Source: Bacteroidota bacterium (GTDB lineage: Bacteria > Bacteroidota > Bacteroidia > Bacteroidales > JAAUTT01). From it: a stretch of 64,000 nt of DNA. This document shows, piece after piece, positions 54,814-64,000 of this stretch; position 1 is the stretch's first letter; each line of letters starts with the position of its first letter. Below the pieces are notes generated by a model that saw only the letters and a list, made by a program, of their open reading frames with translations, had not been told where the DNA came from and ran no database searches. The DNA lies in the NCBI GenBank assembly GCA_023429135.1, contig JAEYWD010000057.1, positions 81,261 through 145,260 on the forward strand, given 5' to 3'. The position numbers were made by a program, and so were the translations under genes.

Positions 54814-55467
54814 TCAGCCAAACATCCGTCGGTCCACCTGGTTGAAATCGGTAATCACCTGATCAACTTTTTCCTTTACCTCGATATCATTGGATTTTAC
54901 ATAAAAAACTTTGAGAGCTTTTGCACTAGCAGCAGCTTTTAGCCCGGTTACGGAGTCCTCGAAAATTATACAATCGGTTATTGAAAGGCTAATATTTCGT
55001 GCAGCGAAGATAAATATATCGGGAGCTGGTTTTCCCGTGAAAGATCCATCGTCGTAAACAACTTTTCCCATGTCGAACCATTTATCCAACTGGAAGTGCT
55101 TAAAAAAGAATTTCACATTGCTGTAACCGGATGAAGTGGCGATATTGAATGGCACCTTGTTATTCTTCAGAAACTCAAGAAAACCAATGGCCCCCGGAGC
55201 AAGACCGGTGTTGGACTTCAAACAGATATCCCTGTAAATACTTTCCTTTTCTTCAACTGCTGTTTGGAGTTCCTCTGCGGTTAAGCTGCGCTGAAACAAA
55301 TATTCGAAAATATCCCTGTTGGGTTTTCCATGAATGTGTTCATCCTTTTCCTGATCGCTAACCGCCATTCCTAATCGGTTAAGATAAATATCCCAGGCCT
55401 GGTTGTGAAATTCCGTATCCCAGAAAAGTGTGCCGTTGAAATCGAAAATTACTCCTTGAATTTGCAT
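54814..55467 (-). CDS. HAD-IA family hydrolase (beta-phosphoglucomutase-like subfamily)
   Basis: I chose the start at 55467 (MQIQGVIFDFNGTLF; the ORF opens at 55488). It carries HAD motif I (DFNGT), motif II (ATSS), K (GKPAPD) and motif IV (EDS). Confidence 0.8.
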   Translation of the reverse strand: MQIQGVIFDFNGTLFWDTEFHNQAWDIYLNRLGMAVSDQEKDEHIHGKPNRDIFEYLFQRSLTAEELQTAVEEKESIYRDICLKSNTGLAPGAIGFLEFLKNNKVPFNIATSSGYSNVKFFFKHFQLDKWFDMGKVVYDDGSFTGKPAPDIFIFAARNISLSITDCIIFEDSVTGLKAAASAKALKVFYVKSNDIEVKEKVDQVITDFNQVDRRMFG

Positions 55468-55504
55468 AATTGACAATTTAAAATTCAAAGGTAAACATTA
55501 GCAC

Positions 55505-56602
55505 CTAGGAAAGCGCAGGTCTTCCAAGCATTTTAAGCATTTTAATATGACTTTTAATTGCCTTCATAAAATTTGGCTCCGAATGGTAAGGAATGCCAAA
55601 CTCCTGGGCAGTTTTTTTCACAATAGGAGAAATTTTTTTATAATGAATATGGCAAATATTTGGGAAAAGATGGTGCTCTATCTGATAATTTAATCCACCG
55701 ACATACCAGGACATGATTCGGCTCCGTGGAGCGAAATTGGTAGTAGTCATAAGTTGATGAATTGCCCAGCTTTCTTTCACGTTTCCTTTGGTATCGGGTA
55801 AAGGAAATTTTGTATTTGGCATAATATGAGCTAACTGAAAAATGGTTGTAAGTAAAAGTCCGCATATAAACTGCATTGTAAAAAATGCCAGAATTGTGGC
55901 CCACCATGGAATATCGAGTACCACTATAGGGATTACAATAATATACAATGCATATAATACTTTAGAAGCTATCAGCTCGAGCAGTAACCACCCGAACCGG
56001 CTTTTCTGTTTCGAATCCAGCCTTCCATCTTTTTTATACCGAATAAGCTGCGGAATATCTTTGTAGATAAACCAAAAAAAAGTCATTAAACTATAAAAGA
56101 ACCATGCATAGATGTACTGATATCTGTGTATTTTCCTCAATTTCTGACTGGGGGTAAACCGCAGAATAGAAATAGAGGTAATATCTTCATCGTGCCCTTC
56201 AATATTTGTAAAGGAATGATGCAGCACATTATGCTGAATCTTCCAGTTTGTAACACTTCCGCCAACAAAGTTGATGAGGTACCCCATCCATTTGTTCACT
56301 TTTGGATTTTTTGAATACGATCCATGATTTGCATCGTGCATAATAGCCAAACCAATACCGGCCATTCCGAATCCCATGAATATCCACAACCCCCATATTA
56401 AAAGCGGATTTGTAATTGCTCCTGATACTAATATTGCGTACGGGACCATGTAAATTAAAATCATCACAATGCTTTTAATAACCATTGTGTAATTCCCTGT
56501 TTTCGAAATATTATTTTGCTGAAAATAGTCGTTTACCTTTTTCCTTGCTGTTTCAAAAAACTCAGTATTTACGTTGTTCGAAAAATTTATTCTTGCCTTC
56601 AT
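55505..56602 (-). CDS. Membrane fatty acid desaturase
   Basis: 365-aa ORF with three His boxes (HDANH, HNVLHH, QIEHHLFP) separated by TM segments. Confidence 0.85.
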   Translation of the reverse strand: MKARINFSNNVNTEFFETARKKVNDYFQQNNISKTGNYTMVIKSIVMILIYMVPYAILVSGAITNPLLIWGLWIFMGFGMAGIGLAIMHDANHGSYSKNPKVNKWMGYLINFVGGSVTNWKIQHNVLHHSFTNIEGHDEDITSISILRFTPSQKLRKIHRYQYIYAWFFYSLMTFFWFIYKDIPQLIRYKKDGRLDSKQKSRFGWLLLELIASKVLYALYIIVIPIVVLDIPWWATILAFFTMQFICGLLLTTIFQLAHIMPNTKFPLPDTKGNVKESWAIHQLMTTTNFAPRSRIMSWYVGGLNYQIEHHLFPNICHIHYKKISPIVKKTAQEFGIPYHSEPNFMKAIKSHIKMLKMLGRPALS

Positions 56603-56871
56603 CGATCTCCTTCACTTGTTATAATAACAAGAGAACACCAAGATCATACCAAAGTTCACTAATATTAAAAAAGAGTCGTTAAGAATTGTTAAGCCGATCT
56701 TTGATTGTGTTTAAAAGAGAATATTCTAAACAACAATACACTCACGACATTTGAATTGATTAAGCCTTCAGTCCTTATTTTTCCACACCAGAGCTTTAAT
56801 ATTTTGTCTTTTGTTTAACATATTGGATCTGTAAAAATAATATTCGCAAGAGATAACAAAAGGGAGAGAAT

Positions 56872-57942
56872 TCAATTTTTGATAAAACCATCGGTACCTT
56901 TTACCCTTATTTTAGCAAAACTATCAGGATAGTTTGCATTAATAAAATCTATAAGCTTCTCGCGGATAACTGTACGTAAATCCCAATTTCGGGAAGAATT
57001 GGAACTACTTAACAGAATTCTTATTTCTATGTACTTATCGGAGGAATTTGTTACCTGAACATTGCAAACACGCTTATCCCAATCAGGGTTTCCTTCGAGC
57101 ATTTCAGGCAGAATATCCCTGATTGAATTCACCGGAAAGCTATAATCCACATATAAAAAAATAGTTCCCAGAATATCAGAGCTTGCACGAGTCCAGTTCT
57201 GAAAAGGTTTCTCCAGGAAATAAGTAACAGGAAGAACCATTCGCCGCTCATCCCAGATTTTAACTACCACATAGGTTAAAGTAATTTCTTCGATTCTACC
57301 CCATTCTCCTTCCACAATAACAACATCATCAAGGCGTATGGGTTGAGTTATGGCAATCTGAATACCGGCAAGTATAAGTCCAAGGCTCTTTTGGGCAGCA
57401 AAACCAACTACAATACCCAATATTCCAGCCGAAGTCAGCAAACTTACTCCAATCGCCTTTGCTTTGTCAAAAGTTAAAAGGCTGATCGAAATTGCAACAA
57501 TAACAATTAAAGTATTGATAATACCTTGAAATACTTTTAACTGAGTAAGGTTTTTCCTTGCAAGTAAATTGTCGGATTGGGTAATATCCAGCTTATTTTG
57601 AAGGTAGTATGCCCCAGCTTTTACAAGTTTTGTCAGGATATAAGCCACCGAAAAAATCAGTAATATGTTGTTGATTTGGGAAACATAAGTTGAAAATACG
57701 AACCTGTTTAAGGCAGCTATGGAAAAAATCTTGAACAGTATCCAAAATAAAAGCCATAGAAGGGGCAGCCTGAACAGTTCAAGGATAAAATCGTCAATTT
57801 TCCCCGGCGTCCTACTTACATATCTTTTTAGCCTTTTATAAAAATATTTTGAAATGAACAGCAGTATTATAAAGACCACGACAAAAATAACACCACCTAT
57901 GAAAACCATCGATAAATCAGAATTTACATGCAAATTATCCAT
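56872..57942 (-). CDS. Mechanosensitive ion channel (MscS family)
   Basis: 356-aa ORF with N-terminal TMs, an MscS pore helix/beta-domain block (AGILGIVVGFAAQKSLGLILAGIQIAITQPIRLDDVV) and a C-terminal alpha/beta domain. There is a 4-nt gap after the otsA/B fusion gene. Confidence 0.85.
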   Translation of the reverse strand: MDNLHVNSDLSMVFIGGVIFVVVFIILLFISKYFYKRLKRYVSRTPGKIDDFILELFRLPLLWLLFWILFKIFSIAALNRFVFSTYVSQINNILLIFSVAYILTKLVKAGAYYLQNKLDITQSDNLLARKNLTQLKVFQGIINTLIVIVAISISLLTFDKAKAIGVSLLTSAGILGIVVGFAAQKSLGLILAGIQIAITQPIRLDDVVIVEGEWGRIEEITLTYVVVKIWDERRMVLPVTYFLEKPFQNWTRASSDILGTIFLYVDYSFPVNSIRDILPEMLEGNPDWDKRVCNVQVTNSSDKYIEIRILLSSSNSSRNWDLRTVIREKLIDFINANYPDSFAKIRVKGTDGFIKN

Positions 57943-57946
57943 AACC

Positions 57947-60124
57947 TCAGTTATTAATTAAACTTAGTTTTTCCAAAAAGTTTAAAGAATCGGACGGCGA
58001 TTTAAGGCTGAACCTCGCCAAATCAGAAACTGAACCTACTTTAATAGTAACCGCTTCTTTTGGAAGAGAGTGAAACATATCCTCATCAGTAACATCATCG
58101 CCCATGGCAAGTATAAATTTATAGGAATTCTTTTGAAGCAGTCTTAGAACTTCTATTCCTTTATTAGTAAGCGGGTTTTTTATTTCAACAATTTTATTGC
58201 CTTTCATAATTTGCAGCCCAGAACGCGCGCATATAGGCATAAGAGCATTGGTAAGCTGCTTTTCTCTCAGTTCGGCCAACCAAGCGTCGCAATTTCGGTA
58301 ATGCCAAACAATGGACGTTTTTTTTAATTCAATGTGCGAACCGGGTGTTTTCCCAGTTATTTGGTTTAAAACATCAAAAAAATCTGCAGTGAAATGGGGC
58401 TTTTCAAAGTTATTCTGTATCCATTTACCGCTTTCTTTGTAAAATGCGCCATGCTCTGCAGCAAAATCTATATTAAGGTTCCCAAACCATTTATCAAGGG
58501 TTTCTGGATCGCGGCCACTATTAATAACAATTTTGTTTTTTTTATTATTTGCCAACCTGTTTAATACTTTTAACAGTTTATCACTAGGAACGGATAAGTC
58601 AGGATCTTTAACCAGAGGAACTAGAGTACCATCATAATCAAGGACAATAAGCCTGTTTTCCGCTTCTGAATAATTTTGAGATATTTCAATGAAGGCCGAT
58701 TTATCTAAGTTTTTGGCAAGGTTGATAATCCTTTTTTCTTTACTATCTATAAGATCGTTAATAAAGTTCAACGCCCATTTGTTAACATTTTGCGCTGATA
58801 TTACCTGTTGCATTCTTCTTATCCTTCTAATTTTTTCAGTTTCCGACATTTCCATGCTTTGCTTTAATGCTTGAGCAATCTGGTTGATATCATTCGGATT
58901 AATTATAATCGCATCTTTAAGTTCTATGGCAGCCCCGGCCATTTCACTTAGAATCAACACTCCAGGTTTGTTTGGTTTTGATGCAACATATTCTTTTGCC
59001 ACAAGATTCATCCCATCTCGTAATGGGGTAACCAGTGCAATATCGGCAAGGTTGTAAAATGCAACAAGATCTTCAAACTGATAACTTCTGTAGAAATAAT
59101 AAACAGGTCGCCATTCGGGAGTTGAATATTTCCCGTTTATTCCTCCAATAGTTTCATCTATTTTCGATTTAAGATCCGCATATTTCTCAACTTTATCTCG
59201 TGAAGGAACTACTATCATTACCAACGAAATTTTGAATCTAAACTCCGGATATTGCTCAAGAAAATTCTCGAATCCATGCAAGCGGTGTAAAATCCCTTTA
59301 CTATAATCGAGTCTGTCAATTGAAAGAGCAAGTTTGTTTGAACCAAATTGTTTTTTCAACCTGGACACTTTTTTTTCAACCACCTTGCTATTGGATGTAG
59401 TGTTAAAAAGCTCATAGTTTATCCCCATCGGGAAAGTATCTACGTGAATCTTTCTGTTTTTATAATAAATCTGATCCATTTGACAATCCAGATCCAAAAC
59501 TCTGTATGCCGCACTAATGAAATGTCTCATATAATCGTGCGTATGAAAACCAATTAAATCGGCTCCCAATAAATTCTTTAAAATCTCAGCCCGTTCCGGC
59601 AAAACACGAAACAATTCATAGGATGGAAAAGGAATATGATGAAAATACCCGATACCGAGGTTAGGAAATTTTACGCGTAACATGCCAGGCAATAGCATTA
59701 AATGATAATCCTGAACCCAAACAATATCTCCTCTTCTTATAACCTTTGAGGCAACTTGGCAAAAAAGCCTGTTTACCTCTTGATAAACACTCCAAAGTCG
59801 CTGTTCGTATTGAATAAAATAATAAAAATAGTGACATAACGGCCAAATAATACTATTGCTGTAGCCTTCATAAAAATCGGCAATCTGTTCATGAGATAAA
59901 AACACCGGCTGAAAGTTAGAAGACACCAGTTTGTTTTCAATAATATTTTTTTCTTCTTCAGTTTCAGGACATACATCAGGCCAGCCAATCCAAATAATTT
60001 CAGAGTCAGTTTTCAGGGACCTTAGCCCTGTAACAAGTCCGCCTTCACTTTTGGTAAACGTTATGTCGCCACTGGTTCTATTTACTTTAACAGGCAGGCG
60101 GTTCGAAATAATAATTATCCGCAT
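57947..60124 (-). CDS. Bifunctional trehalose-6-phosphate synthase / trehalose-6-phosphate phosphatase (OtsA-OtsB fusion)
   Basis: I chose the start at 60124 (MRIIIISNRLPV); the ORF-track extension to 60283 is probably non-coding. It has GT20 blocks (VWVQDYHLMLLP, GINYE, DGMNLVAKEY) followed by an HAD-type phosphatase (LDYDGTLV, GDDVTDEDMF). Confidence 0.9.
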   Translation of the reverse strand: MRIIIISNRLPVKVNRTSGDITFTKSEGGLVTGLRSLKTDSEIIWIGWPDVCPETEEEKNIIENKLVSSNFQPVFLSHEQIADFYEGYSNSIIWPLCHYFYYFIQYEQRLWSVYQEVNRLFCQVASKVIRRGDIVWVQDYHLMLLPGMLRVKFPNLGIGYFHHIPFPSYELFRVLPERAEILKNLLGADLIGFHTHDYMRHFISAAYRVLDLDCQMDQIYYKNRKIHVDTFPMGINYELFNTTSNSKVVEKKVSRLKKQFGSNKLALSIDRLDYSKGILHRLHGFENFLEQYPEFRFKISLVMIVVPSRDKVEKYADLKSKIDETIGGINGKYSTPEWRPVYYFYRSYQFEDLVAFYNLADIALVTPLRDGMNLVAKEYVASKPNKPGVLILSEMAGAAIELKDAIIINPNDINQIAQALKQSMEMSETEKIRRIRRMQQVISAQNVNKWALNFINDLIDSKEKRIINLAKNLDKSAFIEISQNYSEAENRLIVLDYDGTLVPLVKDPDLSVPSDKLLKVLNRLANNKKNKIVINSGRDPETLDKWFGNLNIDFAAEHGAFYKESGKWIQNNFEKPHFTADFFDVLNQITGKTPGSHIELKKTSIVWHYRNCDAWLAELREKQLTNALMPICARSGLQIMKGNKIVEIKNPLTNKGIEVLRLLQKNSYKFILAMGDDVTDEDMFHSLPKEAVTIKVGSVSDLARFSLKSPSDSLNFLEKLSLINN

Positions 60125-60291
60125 TATTACAGTTAAAAGATTAGACTTTTCACGTACTATTTCAATATTAATACTTAAAACTGAGTTTCCCTTACCTAAC
60201 CACGATATGTACCATCTCCCAACTGTAAAATACCATTCAAGTAGCATTAAATGATGTAGTTTTGTGGTACAATTCAATTTCAAAGAAAACT

Positions 60292-61164
60292 ATGAACTCA
60301 AAATATACGCTACCGGATTACTCTTTTGGCTTAGCGGACTTAAGAATTAATTACATTAACAATATTGTTGCTGACGAAAACGAAAATGACTCAGCAGTAA
60401 AATGGTATACTTTAATATTCGTTAAATCTGGTTCGGGAATAATAAAAATAGACTTTGAAGAACTTATAACAATTAAAAATAAGATTTTCCTGATAGATAA
60501 ATACAAGAAATTCGCCTGGTTAAAAAACGGGATTATAGATGGATTAATGATACAGTTTACTGACAGTTTGTACAATCAAATATACACCGGAAACCCAAAA
60601 ATCAAGAGCGATCAAACCCTTTCGGGAGCATATCCTCCTTATGTAAAAATAGACAACGAAGATGAAGTTGAATGGAATAACTTAATTGAAGTTATTTTAA
60701 GAGAGTACACCAAAAAATCGGAAAATTCCAGAGAAATAATCAGTCTATGCCTTAAGGCGTTAATAATATTATACAGAAGAAAGGCGAATTTAAATGACAA
60801 TCTTTTTATTGCTGACAGGAAAAAGAAAATAATGGACGATTTTACACGATTACTGAACAATCGTTTTACCGAATTAAAAACTCCAAAAGAGTTTGCTGCA
60901 TATCTTAACATTTCACCTAACTATCTAAATGCTGTTTGTAGAGAGATATCCGATCAAACCGTGAGTTGTTTTATCCAGGAAAGAATAATTCTTGAGGCAA
61001 AGCGATTATTGACTCATACAGAATTGACGGTTTCGGAAATATCTTTCAAATTGGGTTTTAAGGATAATTCATATTTTGGACGATACTTCAAAAAAGCTAT
61101 AGGTGTATCCCCTGAACGTTTCAGGACTGCAAAATATATAGCAAAGGACTTAAAAAAGGCATAA
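60292..61164 (+). CDS. AraC family transcriptional regulator
   Basis: I chose the ATG at 60292 (the ORF track opens at a TTG at 60262). The C-terminal double HTH reads TPKEFAAYLNISPNYLNAVCRE...TELTVSEISFKLGFKDNSYFGRYFKKAIGVSPERFR. It is divergent from the otsA/B fusion. Confidence 0.85.
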   Translation: MNSKYTLPDYSFGLADLRINYINNIVADENENDSAVKWYTLIFVKSGSGIIKIDFEELITIKNKIFLIDKYKKFAWLKNGIIDGLMIQFTDSLYNQIYTGNPKIKSDQTLSGAYPPYVKIDNEDEVEWNNLIEVILREYTKKSENSREIISLCLKALIILYRRKANLNDNLFIADRKKKIMDDFTRLLNNRFTELKTPKEFAAYLNISPNYLNAVCREISDQTVSCFIQERIILEAKRLLTHTELTVSEISFKLGFKDNSYFGRYFKKAIGVSPERFRTAKYIAKDLKKA

Positions 61165-61217
61165 CCCAAATGAAGGTCACAATCGACCTCCTGATATATA
61201 ACTCAAAAATAACGCAT

Positions 61218-62129
61218 ATGAAATCAAAAATAACTAAAATAATCATAGCTACAGATTTTTCAACATTATCTGAAAGTGCTTTTAAGACAGGCATCGCCAT
61301 AGCTAAAAGACAAAACGCCGAAGTAACGATATTGCATGTAATGGATAGGCTGGATTACATTAAGCCGTCAAAAGCATTCCTTCCTTTTGACGGTATAGAC
61401 GCTTATCATTTCGATACTATAGGGAAATATCTGGATATGCTTGCTGCCAGAATTCATGAGGATACAGGCATTAAAGTATCTTCAAAAGTACTGGAAGGTT
61501 TGCCATATGAAAAAATATGCGCATACGCTTACCAGCAAAAAACAAGTTTAATAGTGATGGGAACACATGGAATTTCCGGCTCCAGGGAAATATTTATGGG
61601 CTCCGACGCTTTTAGGATAATAAAGAATTGTAACTGTCCGGCCCTAACCGTTCCGAGTGAGTGGAATAAAACATCCTTTGGCAGGGTTATTTTCCCAGTT
61701 CAACTTAAGCCGGGTACCTTCGAGAAATATTTTTATGCTCGTCCAATTATTGAAAAAAATAACTCCGAATTATATATCCTTGGATTATCCGAGCGAAATA
61801 AGCCCAGCGAATTAAAAGAATTAGCAACACTGGTAGACCGGCTTAAACTGCAGTTACACAGCGATCGCGTAACCTATCACTCGGCTTTTAGTCCTTGTAC
61901 CAATTTCCCAGAGAAAGTTGCTCAGGTAGCAGTTGACTTTTTAGCCGACCTGGCTATAGTGGCAGTGCATCCCGAAGACGACGCAAAGACAGCAAAATCG
62001 GGCCTTTTTGCAGAACAATTACTCAACAGTTTAAAAATACCTATTCTTAATATAAAGCCTTTTTCGCAGCATGTTATCCCGGATCTTCAGATGGAACTGG
62101 CGGACAACTGGGTCAAAATTGTCAATTAA
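61218..62129 (+). CDS. Universal stress protein (tandem USP domains)
   Basis: I chose the start at 61218 (MKSKITKIIIATDFS). The first domain has the ATP-binding-type motif MGTHGISGSREIFMGSDAFRII. The second domain is degenerate. Confidence 0.8.
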   Translation: MKSKITKIIIATDFSTLSESAFKTGIAIAKRQNAEVTILHVMDRLDYIKPSKAFLPFDGIDAYHFDTIGKYLDMLAARIHEDTGIKVSSKVLEGLPYEKICAYAYQQKTSLIVMGTHGISGSREIFMGSDAFRIIKNCNCPALTVPSEWNKTSFGRVIFPVQLKPGTFEKYFYARPIIEKNNSELYILGLSERNKPSELKELATLVDRLKLQLHSDRVTYHSAFSPCTNFPEKVAQVAVDFLADLAIVAVHPEDDAKTAKSGLFAEQLLNSLKIPILNIKPFSQHVIPDLQMELADNWVKIVN

Positions 62130-62216
62130 CAAATTAGGGTATGAGAATTGAGCCGTTTAATACTCTCAAAATACAATTTAATTGTTTAATAAGTGTCTAA
62201 TTTCAAAAACACGAAT

Positions 62217-62861
62217 ATGAAAATCAGAATGTTAATTGCAACAATTATTTTTCTTGCGTTTGTGTACAACTGCAAACCAGGCAACAAAGGAGAAACAGAC
62301 AGCACTGCCGACTCGGCTGTTATGGAAGAAAAAAGTGATTCGGCTGAAATGGATGAAATCACTGGAGGGTTTGTGGGAATAAAACACCATTCCATGATGC
62401 AAAAAGATACTGTTAAACTGCACGGAGATCCGGATTACGATTTTGCAGTTGTAATGAAAATTCATCACCGGCATGGAATTGCCATGGCAAATGAAGAGGT
62501 AAAATATGGTTCGGATACGGCAATGAGAAGTTTTGCCCGAAAGATTAAAGAGAACCAGGAAAATGAATTAAAAGATCTGGAAGAATTTATCAATAAAAAC
62601 AGCCCAACGAATAATGATGCTAATTTCTTAAAGGAAATGAAGTCAAACATGCAAAAAGCGAAAGATGAAATGAGTCAGAATACACCGATGAGTGGAAACT
62701 TCGATAGGGATTTTTCTTCTCTAATGGCATTACACCATAAACATGGATTAGACCTGGCAAAAACCGAAGTTAAATTTGGGAAAAAGCCAGAAATGAAAAA
62801 GTTAGCCCAGCAAATGATAAAACAGCGTAATCAGGAGATAAAGCAATTAGCAGGAAATTAA
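62217..62861 (+). CDS. DUF305 family lipoprotein (two four-helix-bundle HH repeats)
   Basis: Lipobox MKIRMLIATIIFLAFVYNC. It has duplicated DUF305 motifs (DFAVVMKIHHRHGIAMA and DFSSLMALHHKHGLDLA). Confidence 0.75.
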   Translation: MKIRMLIATIIFLAFVYNCKPGNKGETDSTADSAVMEEKSDSAEMDEITGGFVGIKHHSMMQKDTVKLHGDPDYDFAVVMKIHHRHGIAMANEEVKYGSDTAMRSFARKIKENQENELKDLEEFINKNSPTNNDANFLKEMKSNMQKAKDEMSQNTPMSGNFDRDFSSLMALHHKHGLDLAKTEVKFGKKPEMKKLAQQMIKQRNQEIKQLAGN

Positions 62862-62927
62862 AAGGTTAAGTTTTAATTGGTAAATTGAACTTTTCAAAAT
62901 TGAGTAGTTTAAAAGTCAATTTTAATT

Positions 62928-62959
62928 AAAGGCCTGATCGTGAGATTCGGCCTTTTTTT
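62928..62959 (+). terminator. Intrinsic terminator
   Basis: AAAGGCC-TGATCGTGAGATTC-GGCCTTT, followed by a T-run. Confidence 0.6.
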
Positions 62960-63050
62960 AACAAGAGTTTCGATGTTAAAAGTTGTAATTTGAAAACATT
63001 AGCTGTAAACCATTAGCAGCTTTTACATCGTTTCACATATTGGACAAACG

Positions 63051-63182
63051 TTATTGAGAATACGCCGGTGCATCGACCCAATAACCTTGTTTATTAAAAT
63101 ACTTATGAAGCGTAATTTCATGTTCTCTGGTAAGAACTTCATCTTCGTCGTATTCCGGAACATGGCTGATTACTGAAAACAT
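63051..63182 (-). CDS. Possible 43-aa small protein (below the ORF-track cutoff)
   Basis: My translation is MFSVISHVPEYDEDEVLTREHEITLHKYFNKQGYWVDAPAYSQ*. It has non-repetitive, protein-like composition, but I recognise no homology and there is no clear promoter. Confidence 0.2.
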   Translation of the reverse strand: MFSVISHVPEYDEDEVLTREHEITLHKYFNKQGYWVDAPAYSQ

Positions 63183-63419
63183 GGGTAACTATATCCACAT
63201 TTCAGATTCGGTTTGTGTAATAAAAGCGACGGGAAATAGCTAATCTCCTGCAAAGTTGCTTCTGTTCTGACATTGAACAGCCTAACCATTTAATTCAAAC
63301 TTTAAGTATATGGTCTGTTTTCGACAATAATTTTGATAATAAACAGAAATAACCATCCCTGATAGTTTCGTATGGAATAGTTTTGGCTAAAAATCATTTA
63401 TAACCAAAATATAACGCAT

Positions 63420-64000
63420 ATGAAAAAGTTTCTACTTATTTTAATTGCGATCATGTTGTTAGCTCCTTCCTGCAAAAGGAAAGCAATTGAACAACTTAAT
63501 CAGAAAAATCAGGAATTATCAAATTTAGCACACGAACGCGACTCTATCATTAACATGTTGGTAGCATCGTTCGATGATTTGGAAAGCACCCTTGGCATTG
63601 AAAAACAGGAAGGTGATGCCGGACAAAGGATTAAAAGAAATATTGAACACTTGAAGGATCTGCTTGAGAAAAATGACAACAAGTACAAATCACTTCAGAG
63701 AATTATTGCCAATACACGCAACGAAAGATCGTTATTCAATACCAGGATAGATTCTCTTAATAATAATATCTCGGGAAAAAACAACGAAATTGCTGATCTG
63801 AACAGGAACATTGCTAACCTCAAAAATCAGATCGATATGCAACAAACAAGATTAAATCAATTGATTACTTTTAATGCCAATCAGAATACCAAAATTAACG
63901 AAATGGTTAATAAATTGAATACCGCACACTTTGTAGTGGGCAATAGTAAAACTTTAAAAGAAAGGGACATAATTGTCAAGAAAGGTGGCTTTCTTGGTTT
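63420..64000 (+). CDS. Coiled-coil lipoprotein of unknown function (5' part; runs off the right edge)
   Basis: ATG at 63420, with lipobox MKKFLLILIAIMLLAPSC followed by heptad-rich sequence. It shares LA(H)ERDS...L.A(S/T)FD..E..L and AxFV.G..K.LKE+..(I/V)VK.GG blocks with the protein at 42216-43154. Confidence 0.6.
   Translation, partial: MKKFLLILIAIMLLAPSCKRKAIEQLNQKNQELSNLAHERDSIINMLVASFDDLESTLGIEKQEGDAGQRIKRNIEHLKDLLEKNDNKYKSLQRIIANTRNERSLFNTRIDSLNNNISGKNNEIADLNRNIANLKNQIDMQQTRLNQLITFNANQNTKINEMVNKLNTAHFVVGNSKTLKERDIIVKKGGFLG

Noticed and set aside
55429-55443. HAD motif I reads D-F-N-G-T (Asn instead of the usual second Asp)
   Set aside because: The D+2 position varies among HAD subfamilies. 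I believe DFNGT variants occur in other Bacteroidota HAD proteins, so it cannot be called inactive or novel from sequence alone.
60125-60283. N-terminal extension of the otsA/B fusion ORF (track start 60283), which would overlap the AraC gene
   Set aside because: The GT20 family N-terminus (MRIIIISNRLPV) starts at 60124. The extension has no protein-like features and would remove the divergent promoter region.
1-64000. Search for CRISPR arrays, rRNA genes, intact IS elements or prophage, integrases and recognisable defence or toxin-antitoxin modules
   Set aside because: I saw none. No regularly spaced direct repeats occur outside the in-frame protein repeats at 44403-46760. There is no recombinase or integrase gene. 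The only transposase signal is the truncated ISL3 tail.

Overview
This window looks like a Bacteroidota chromosomal segment. It is AT-rich, about 90% coding, carries type IX secretion/gliding genes, and has TAnnTTTG-type promoter motifs. Most of it is ordinary housekeeping and envelope content.

Gene content, left to right:
- 1-5205: a cluster of secreted esterases plus a glycoside hydrolase, followed by a decayed AraC-type regulator fragment.
- 5610-10181: a MarR-TolC-HlyD-MFS efflux operon with two identical 21-bp operator-like palindromes.
- 10296-10791: an ISL3-type transposase remnant next to tRNA-Val(TAC).
- 10895-22285: folC, a nitroreductase, PIN-PhoH2, a SixA-like phosphatase, ppk1, a suhB/acyltransferase/GT2 operon, a LuxR solo, an orphan receiver and murF.
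- 22341-30126: a T9SS core cluster (gldJ, porP/sprF-like, porU, porV).
- 30131-44117: ispF, a LemA-TPM-TPM operon, capA-like, a zinc-ribbon/Nif3 pair, MerR, an M23 peptidase, alaS, an acyl-CoA ligase, a membrane-anchored coiled-coil protein and an S1-domain protein.
- 44277-50096: a 1939-aa T9SS cargo protein with six tandem ~133-aa modules.
- 50249-54696: an orphan arsM preceded by a perfect 17-bp-arm inverted repeat, an alpha/beta hydrolase and oligopeptidase B.
- 54814-62861: a stress-type cluster (HAD, desaturase, otsA/otsB fusion with mscS, AraC, tandem USP, DUF305).
- 63420-64000: the 5' part of a coiled-coil lipoprotein gene running off the right edge.

I found no CRISPR array, rRNA, intact mobile element or recognisable defence system.

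The observations most worth follow-up are the giant repeat-bearing T9SS cargo, the 49-bp hyphenated palindrome upstream of arsM, the duplicated MarR-type operator, and the SixA-ppk1 linkage.

All family assignments come from reading motifs in the translations. No database search was possible.
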